The notes under the pieces are model-generated. The model was not told the DNA's origin, did not search any database, and was given only the letters and a program-made list of their open reading frames with translations. DNA of 64,000 nt from Eledone cirrhosa (taxonomy: Eukaryota), in contig OZ024743.1 of NCBI GenBank assembly GCA_964016885.1, positions 53,940,001 through 54,004,000 of the forward strand. The letters are read 5' to 3'. The translations under genes were made by a program, and so were the position numbers. Shown in pieces: positions 54,982 to 64,000 of this stretch (positions are counted from its first letter, which is position 1; every line of letters begins with the position of its first letter).

Positions 54982-55630
54982 CATTACACAATAATCAAAG
55001 TTATGTTCAAATCATTTTATTGCTGACAATCTTTTCTTCCAAACTTTCGTTTGGAATCATCGGAGCACTAGCAATCCTTGTACATATAATTAACCTCCTA
55101 TTCAACTGAGCAATCATGTAGATACATGGATATTAATGCTGTCAACAACAGTTTCGTATCAACAGAGTGGAATGGATGCGACATATATTACAAGAGAATT
55201 GTTCAATAATTAAAATTATAAAGCACAGAGTGGAATGCATGCGACAGATATCACAAGGGAATATTCTGATAATTAAAGAGGCATTAAGGAGAAAAGTTAC
55301 TCATAAAACGAGGACACCAGCAGTACATATGCAAGCGTGTAGAGAGTGCAAATGCGTTAGACCTATATAGGAAGGAGACCAGCAATGGTACTAGGTATAT
55401 ATAATTACTGTATAGCAAATGTATCACATAAAAAATAACATGGGTTTACAAGCATATCAAGCAGGCAAAGGTGTATGTGTATTAAAATGAATCTACATAA
55501 TTATTCAGTTGAATAGGAGTTAACAATATGTACAAACATTGCTAGTGCTCCCATGATTCCAAACGAAAGTTTGGAAGAAACGACTGTCAGCAATAAAATG
55601 ATTTGAACATAACTTTGATTATTGTGTAAT
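54982..55630. mobile_element. Non-coding element with ~145-bp inverted arms, each holding an HHR motif (55021-55067 minus; 55546-55592 plus)
   Basis: tgct-CCGATGA-ttccaaac-gaaa-gtttggaa-GAAA-..gTC-agca. Confidence 0.62.
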
Positions 55631-55879
55631 TCCTATATATATATATATTAGAAAGAGCCGAGCCTTGACTCTAATAATATACCCATACACTACTATCCCA
55701 AGTATAGAGTACTCTGTTGAGTAATTATCTAACTAGTTTAAAACTGGTTCTATCCTGATATATATAATAAACCATCTTCCTGATATTGGAGAAACTCCAA
55801 ATAAGGATGATCGCGGATCCTCCCAATTTCACAGGTACCCTTATTACCACAGCTGCATGTTGAGCGTAGAACTATTCAC

Positions 55880-57290
55880 TCTTGCCATTTACGCCACAGT
55901 CACACTTCTAGCCAATGGAACTTTTCCTTTCCAAAAAAAACGTGTAGACGCTCCAATGTGATCAGACGTGGACTAGGGCAGGGAACGATGGTCAGACGAT
56001 AGCCAATCTAGGCATTTGCCACCTTCATCCACCCTTTTGGGGATAGCTTTCTCTCAGCTTATTTTTTGGGTGCAACTGGCCACCGTAGTCATAACCGCGT
56101 CCCAATTCCCTTTCATCAAGAGATGCGGACCGAACTAGACCCCAGGTAGTTATCCTTACATCGGCCTTCAACGGCAATCGCCAACCTTGCTTCCATGCCG
56201 ATGCTAGGCGACGCACATTTTTACGTGCGGCTCTGATTGTAGCCATGTTAGTCGGAAAAGGGGAAAGAAGACTGATTGAACCAGTATTTTCTTTAGAAGA
56301 AAAGGGCTTCTCAAGATCCTTTTTGTTGCGATTTATGCGAAAAGACACTAAGTCCCAGGGGAATTTAGATTCTAATGTTCTCTACGTTTTTGTGATTAAA
56401 AGCACGTCAGGTATGGTTTTGTTTGTGAGTTTATTAAAGGCCATCGCTTTCGTTTTTATATTGTGGTTATTTTCAACATCCTCCATTAACTCGCAGTTGT
56501 TCTTTCGAACAACAGTGAAGTTGGGGCAAGATGATTGGTAGTTCTTGTGTACGTTTTTAAGTTTTCTCTTTTTTCAGGCGTGGGTGGTTATGAATGCTGG
56601 TTTTCTTATGGTGAACGCATTGGTGTGGAATTGTTGCCAATTGCTGAGTATCCCAATTCAGTTTTAGGCGTTGGCCTGGGACGGCCTCTGGTGGATACAG
56701 TTTTAAAATCTCCATCACTAACCTCTTTCATGTCTGTTTTATTTGGTGGGCGTAGTATTAACCTCGTTGCATAGTGGAGTGTCATTAAGGTGAGGTCAAA
56801 ATATAAGGGATGTGGCATGAAAATATGTGAGGGTTTGTCCTTTCCTATATATTTTCCTTGTGTTTTATTTGGTGGTATGATAGTGATGGGGTAGTATTTC
56901 TTTTCTGGGGCTGTGGCGTTGGTCTCGCCTTTAGCTGCTGTTGTTGTTCATGTAGTGTTGGTGGCTGCGCAAGCCTTCTTTCAGTTGTCCTTCGTAATTG
57001 AAGACAGAAGGCCTTCATTTCGTTTAAGCTACTGCAATTCTGGCATCGGGGACTTTTGCCTTCTACCGTAATATTCAGCTGTGTACCTTTAGGGAAGTCT
57101 ATCCGCTCTGAGATCTTATCCAAGTTTTCAGGTTTCCCCTGGACCAATATCACCAGTACTCCTGGCTGTATTACTTGATATTCAGCATAAGACACCTCCT
57201 TCCAGAACTACACATATATCTGGTTCCGGGAAGGCGTTTTTAGTTAATTTTCTTGTCCTTCTGCCGAGATATATTAGCCTAACAACATTC
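55880..57290 (-). pseudogene. Internally deleted L1/Tx1-like LINE remnant
   Basis: Degenerate zinc knuckle CQNCSSLNEMKAFC, APE-like start MATIRAARKNVRRL, FWKGKVPLAR. Confidence 0.4.
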
Positions 57291-57329
57291 ATTGTCACTA
57301 GGAGTGACTGTAGAATATTTTTTAACAAG

Positions 57330-60190
57330 CCTCTTCGTGCTTATCTTACCCCGTCAATGTCATTATCTGGTTCTGGTAATAAGCATGTTTGCAGAAAGTA
57401 ACAACGCTGACATATTGGATCAAAACGTACTCCTTAATGAACAGAAATGTTGTTGGAGAAATCCTAGAGCAACAAATGACAGCTGGTAATTGACAATATT
57501 AGAAAATTTAAGAGAAGTAAATCTGGGTTATAAATGGATTGTATCGATTACAATAAAGCATATGATATGGATTTTGAAAGTACTATAAATGTCATGAATT
57601 GTAAATACAATTGCTGAGTTAATAAATGTTAGCATGGTGGGGGTGGAGAACAGAACTAACAGCAGGGGGACACCCACTTCTAAAGTCTAATGTCTATTTC
57701 AAGTCCGGGGCCTCGTCAGACCGGTGCTTATTCTGGTTTCGTGGCATGAAGCAACTAAGAGACTAAGAGTACAAACCTTCCCCCTGGACATGGCGCCAGT
57801 CGATCGCAGGGTTAAACCCCAACCAATTGCTGGTACTTATTTTCAGCTGTGTATACTGGAGCAACGTGAAATGAAGTGTTTTGGCCAAGAACACAACACA
57901 CAACCCAGTTCAGGAATGGAACCCACAACGTTAAGATTGTAAGTCCAACACCCTTACCAGTAGGCAACGCGCCTCGAGCCATTTGGAGAAGTCAAATTGT
58001 ATCGAGGATTTTCCAAGGGAATAGTGTATCACCCTTTTGTTTGCCACTGCCCCCATCCCACTTTCGCTAGAATTGAGGAAAATAACAGCTGGATATAATT
58101 TAGGAAAAGACCGGAAGTGAGTCATTCATTTGCTGTTCATAAATAACCCGAAGTTACAAGGCAAAAATGAAAGATAACTGGAGACGCTTGTCAGCACAGT
58201 AAAAGTATATAACAATGAAATATAAATGGAGTTTAATAATTGTTTCTGCTTTTGGCACAAAGCCAGCAATTATCCCAGTGTATTACTGGTACTTTATTTT
58301 ATCGACCCCGTAAGGATGAAAGGCAAAGTTAACCTCGGCGGGATTTGAACTCAGACCGCAAAGGGCCGTAACTCTACACTTCAAAGCATGGCATCTGACC
58401 CTCTACCTATACTGCCAATCCAAATAATTCTCAATATGATATACAATAAAAGTGACGGAATGAATTTAACAAACAAAGCGAAGATCCGAGAGATTGACGC
58501 AAATGCTGGATATAAATATGTTAGGTTTTTGGAAGCAGATAGTATTAAAGAGGAGCCAATGAAAACCCAAATCATGAGTAATTCAAAGATTATAGAAGAT
58601 ATTAAAATCCAAACTCAATACCACCACAGCCACGAACACAATGGCAGTATCCATCATTAGATATAACACAGGAATAATGCAATGGACAAAGGAACAACTT
58701 TAGACGTTAGTTAGAAAAACAAAAATAAATTATGACAATATATAGGACCTTACACTCATAGGAAGATATCAACAGGCTATATTTCGCAGAAAAGAGGGAG
58801 GACGTGAGCTAATAAGTGTAGGAGACTGTGTGACGATAGAGGTAGAGAGCTTGGTGAAATATGTTGCTGATAATGGAGAGGTGCTGTTAATAATAGTACC
58901 AGGAGAGGAGATTAATTAGGGGAAGAGAAAAGGTGAAGTCAATAAAACTAGGAAGCAACGATATGAACAGAAACTTTTCTAAAAATACTGAAGGATATTG
59001 ATATGAGGAATCATTCTACGGGAGGTAGTAGAGAGGGGGGAGAGAAAGAGGGGGGAGAGAGAGGGGGGGGGGGGGGGCTAGTCATAAAGAGACGGAACAG
59101 ACAATCAGAACGAGGTATATCGGAATGAATATAGATAAGGAAGACAGCTCGCTTGAATTTAAAAGGTATTATGAAAGAGAAAATACGGTGGTGTATGTGA
59201 TCTCTAAATGTAAGATGCTTGCTATAAAACGTTATAAGAACTGGGGATAAGACAATGTTGCCACAGTCTGACATTATGGAATGTATAAAATGTTTGAATT
59301 TGAGCATGCAAATTATTTCGGTAACACCAAATCAGAACATGTCATTGAAAACAATCACATAAATGTAATATGGAACATGCATGGTCCCGTAACCCATGGA
59401 GGGGTCTTATGTGTACCGTATTGATATACGGTGTTTCACGGGCATTTTAAAACCTGGCGAGCCCAATCCTCTCCATGTCTGAATACAGCAGATATCTTCC
59501 AGAGAAGGATAGAGAGTGAGGAATTGGAAGTGAGAAAGAGATATAGAGGAAGAATCGACCCCAGTACTAGCCTGGTTCTTTTGTTATCGACATCGAATGG
59601 ATGAAAAGCAAATTTGACTTCGGCGAAACGAATACCGCAAAGTATTCTATCTGGCGTCCTAATGACTCTACCAATTCACTGCCTGAAACCAGAGTAGTTG
59701 ACTGGTACTCTATTTTATTGAGGACTTTATATGTAAAATCAATTGAATTGACTACCTGTACATTACTGTAATATTTTAGTTTTTGTTTTTAAACCAGAAG
59801 GATAATAAGCTAAGTTCACGCCAATTAGATTCACATGTGTAACTGAAAGATGTAACTAAAGACATTTTATCCATCTATCTATCTATTCTGCCACCCACTG
59901 CCTTTTGTTTAAATATGTAATATTGAACATGAAGATTCAGAAGAATATAGAAATGTAACACACACACTCAGATATTGTTATCAGTGGAAAGATTGTGTTG
60001 GCTAAACGATGATGCTTGACCATTTGTTTATTAGTGTGTTAAACAAAGAAGGCCATAAAAAAGTACAAGACCTGAAATACGAAATGCGGAGAATCTGCAA
60101 TTGCTGCAAAGTTATTATCATCTCATTTGCAAGGACAGTGGTGAGGAACTTCAATGGTTACTTGAAGATTTCTGACAGATTCTTATCAAA
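57330..60190 (+). pseudogene. Old degenerate R4/Dong-like LINE interrupted by SINEs (57700-57975, 58235-58420, ~59555-59900)
   Basis: EQKCC, DYNKAYDM, HLLF, GYKY, DINRLY..EGGRELISV, QDLKYE in colinear order. Confidence 0.55.
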
Positions 60191-60199
60191 GTAACAACA

Positions 60200-60470
60200 T
60201 GGGAGCCGCTACTTCTGCGAGTTGAGAGATCACAGCTCCGATACTATGGATATGTTAGAATGTCTCAGGAAAGAATTGCTGGACATATTTTACGGGCAAA
60301 ACCAACCAGCAGGAGACCCAAAGGTAGACCCTGAGCAAGATGGTTGGTCTCACTTGGCGATCCAGCCGGATAAGTTGGAGACGGTTGTTTCTGACACGAC
60401 CTGGTGGAAGGAGTGTCTGATGACTCTCTCTCCTTGGCCCTCTCCGGAATAAGTGGGCGAAGAAGGAAAT
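60200..60470 (+). pseudogene. RTE (Rex3-like) 3' end fragment
   Basis: EPLLLRVERSQLRYYGYVRM...RRPKGRP*ARW. Confidence 0.7.
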
Positions 60471-61104
60471 TTTGGATATGAGGGAATTTCCTTGATTCTA
60501 AAGTAAGCTTGATTACTTGGCACATCAAGAACCATACTGCAGGTATTAGAGGCTCATGGCTGCAGGAGACAGTTTGATATCTAGCAGTCCAAGTAAAGAG
60601 ATGCTATCAACAACAACAATTCTTTCTAACATAGGGACAAGTCCACCAATTAACTGGTGGTACTTTTTTATCGACTCCGGAAGGTTGAAACGAAAAGTTG
60701 ATCTCAACAGAATTTGAACACTAGAACGAATACTATAAAACATTCTATCTGACGCATTTACGATTCTGTCAATTCGCCTAATAATAATGGTCTATGATTT
60801 TTGGCACAGTTCAAGAGTTTGGGGGGAGGGGAAAGTCGAACCAACCGGAAATTTATAATAAATTGAAGTGAAAACCAACAGGTGCGTGTGTTTTTATTGG
60901 CAACATAAAGTATAACAATATATAAATATATATATAATGAAAGTGACGGTATAACGGCATATACAGAATATATGAACTTGCTGATCAAAAACCCTCAATG
61001 TAAAAGGGCTAAAATTCCCAAACAGATGGAACTGACAAGATATTGTCATTGGCAAAAATGATATATCTTGTACAAAAAAACATATGGAATATATATCTGT
61101 TAGA

Positions 61105-61514
61105 ATATTGGTTTCTTATATAGGCACAAGGCCAGCAATTTGGGGGAAGGGGAAAGTCGATTAAATTGACCCCAGTGCGTTACTGGTACTTTATTTTGTC
61201 GACCCTGTAAGGATGAAAGGCAACGTTAACCTCGGTGGGATTTGACTGAGAACGTAAAGGGGCGTAACCATATGTCACAAAGCACTGTGTCCGATGTTCT
61301 ACCGATATTGCCAATCCATCGGCCTCATAATAAATAATCGTTTCTACTTTTGGCACAAGGCCAGCAATTATCCCAGTGCATTACTGGTACTTTATTTTAT
61401 CGACCCCGTAAGGATGAAAGGTAAAGTTAACCTCGGCGGGATTTGAAGTCTGACCGTAAAGGGACATAACTCTATGCTGGAAAGCATGGCGTCCGACCCT
61501 CTACCGATACTGCC

Positions 61515-61516
<2 letters not shown>
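61105..61516 (-). mobile_element. Two adjacent tRNA-derived SINEs (61105-61325 and 61328-61516)
   Basis: Family cores and heads. Confidence 0.85.
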
Positions 61517-61550
<34 letters not shown>

Positions 61551-61551
<1 letters not shown>

Positions 61552-61861
61552 GAGAAGGAGAGGGAGAAAATTAACCGATACCAGGACTTAAAGTGGGAGG
61601 TAAAAAGGATTTGAAACTGCCATGAGGTCAAAGTGGTCCCAATTGTCATAGGCGCACTAGGTACTATCTCAAAGAGTTTCCAAGGATGGTTAAAGAAAAT
61701 TGGTCCCGCCCCGCTTTTTGGAACACTTCAAAAGACATGCTTGCTGGGAACAGCAAGAACTCTCCGATACGTCCTGAATATCTGAGGCTGCAGGTAGTGG
61801 CTTGATATTCATTTCAACAAACTTTCCAGTTAAATAATATCAATGACTGTGACTCAAAGAA
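61551..61861 (+). mobile_element. Short 3'-end copy of an R4/Dong-like LINE between (TAA)n tracts
   Basis: Matches 63742-64000. Confidence 0.8.
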
Positions 61862-61887
61862 TAATAATAATAAAAATGATAATAATA

Positions 61888-64000
61888 GGGCAGGCAAAAA
61901 ACTAGCCAACTGGAAATCACCAGGCCCAGATGGTGTGCAAGGGTATTGGATTGAAAACATAACATCCCTCCACCCGAAACTGACAACCATGTTCAATGAC
62001 TGCTTGATGTCGGGTGAGGTACCAGGGTGGTTGACAAAGGTACCACAGTTCTGGTAATGAAAGACCGAATGATGTTACCAACTATAGGCCCATCACATGT
62101 CTGTCCGTAATGTGGAAACTGTTAACAAGCATTGTGTCTGAGGAAATCTACCATCACCTCCACATAAACAACTTGTTACCGGACGAACAGAAAGGATGCC
62201 GAAAGAAGTCCCATGGTACAAAAGACCAGTTACTTATTGATAAGATGGTAATGAGGAATTGCAAGAGGAGGCACACTGGTCTTGCCTTGGTATGGATAGA
62301 TTACAAAAAGGCATTCGACATGGTACCTCATTCTTGGATAACCAAAAGCCTAGAGATCTTCAAGGTGGCAGATAACATCAGACAGTTGTTGAGCAAATGT
62401 ATGAAGTCCTGGGAAACAGAGTTAACATCGTGTGGAGAATCCTTGGGAGGCGTGAAGATCAAGAGAGGTATCTTCCAGAGAGATAGTTTGTCCCCTTTGC
62501 TGTTTGTCCTTGCCCTGATACCCCTGACCATTATATTGCGAAAAGTGAGAGCAAGACACAAGTTAGGAAAAGGAGAGCTTACCATCAACCACCTCCTCTT
62601 CATGGACGATCTTAAACTCTTTGGGAAGAGTGAGGAGTTGGATGTACTTGTTGACATTGTCCGTATTTTCAGCAATGATATATGTATGGAATTTGGTATT
62701 AATAAATGTGGAGTCCTAGTAAATTGAGCAGAAACAACGGAATCCAGGTACCAACAGGTGAGATGATAAAGGAAATTGACACTGAGGATGGATACAAATA
62801 TTTAGGTGAACAAAAAAAATGAAGGAATTGATAAGATCTGAGTACATAAGGAGAGAAGGAGCGTATTAAAATCACATCTAAATAGTAGGAATGTCATAAG
62901 TGCAGTGCATTCCTGAGCTGCGTCTATTATTAGGTACAGTGCGGGAATTCTGAAATGGAATGTTGCTGAACAAAAAGAAATGGATAGGAAGACTAGGAAG
63001 CTATTGACTATCTACAACATGTTCCACAAGAGGAGTGATGTCGATAGACTCTACTTAGAGAGATCTGAATGTGGAAAAGGTCTTATCAGCATAGAGGACT
63101 GTGTTCAGATGGAGAAAAACAACCTGCACAAAAATACGTGACTGACAGTGCTCAAAATTGTACTGAAGAAGAAGACAATAAACCAGGGGATGACCAAGGA
63201 GGAAATAACAACAAGGAGGAAGAGCAACCTTCATGAAAAATCCCTTCATAGTACCTTCTTTAGGAAAACTGAATTTAGAGATCCACAGATATGGAACTGG
63301 TTAAAAGATGAGACCTTAAAAGCTACAGAAGGCTGCGAAAGAGCAAGCCCTCAGCACGAAGTGGGTGAAACACCATATTTAAAAGGAGGAGGCTAGCTCA
63401 CTGTGTAGGGTCTGTTGAGAGAGAGGAGACTGTGACTCACATTGTATCCGAGTGTAAACACCTAGCCCAGACTCACTATAAAGGCTGGAGACATGATGTG
63501 ATAGGCAGGGTGATCCACTGGCATCTATGCAAAATAAGCAATTTACCACATTCTGAGAAGTGGTATGAGCATAAGCCAGCGTCGGTGATAGAAAACGATC
63601 AGGGGAATGTGCTATGGGATTTTAGGATACAGACGGACAAGAAATTAGAACACAATAGGCCTGACCTGGTGGTTTTGGACAAGGAAAAAAGATCGTGTCT
63701 GATTGTAGATGTAGCCTGCCCATTTGACACGAGAGTGCAAGAAAAGGATAGGGAGAAAATTAACCGATACCAGGACTTAAAGTGGGAGGTGAAAAGGATT
63801 TGGAACTGCCATGAAGTCAAGGTTGTCCCGATTGTCATAGGCGCACAAGGTACTATCTCAAAGAGTTTCCAAGGATGGTTAAAGAAGATTATTCCAGCCC
63901 CGCTTTTTGGAAGACTTCAAAAGGCATGCTTACTGGGAACAGCAAGATCCCTCCGATACGTCCTGAATATCTGAGGCTGCAGGTAGCGGCTTGATATTCA
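61888..64000 (+). mobile_element. 5'-truncated R4/Dong-like LINE (RT, CCHC, RLE), degenerate
   Basis: [51 protein letters not shown]. Confidence 0.88.

Overview
AT-rich eukaryotic genomic DNA with many (TA)n/(CA)n microsatellites and no recognisable host gene. The SINE content (CORE-type and Deu/Nin-type tRNA SINEs) suggests a mollusc, probably an octopus; this is an inference. The window is a mosaic of decayed retroelements: Penelope-like elements (PLEs) of two types (YRDD-RT 'Hydra-like' and YVDD-RT 'Naiad-like', both with C-terminal GIY-YIG) carrying inverted pLTRs, RTE, R4/Dong-like, CRE and L1/Tx1-like LINE fragments, mariner-type elements, and many SINEs. The main signal is about 20 type I hammerhead ribozyme (HHR) motifs read by eye from roughly ten unrelated repeat families. 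They include a non-coding 420-bp tandem unit resembling a retrozyme, and HHRs with greatly expanded stem II supported by compensatory base changes. Most short ORFs in the track are microsatellite artefacts. All folds and family assignments were made by eye; coordinates are approximate to a few bases.
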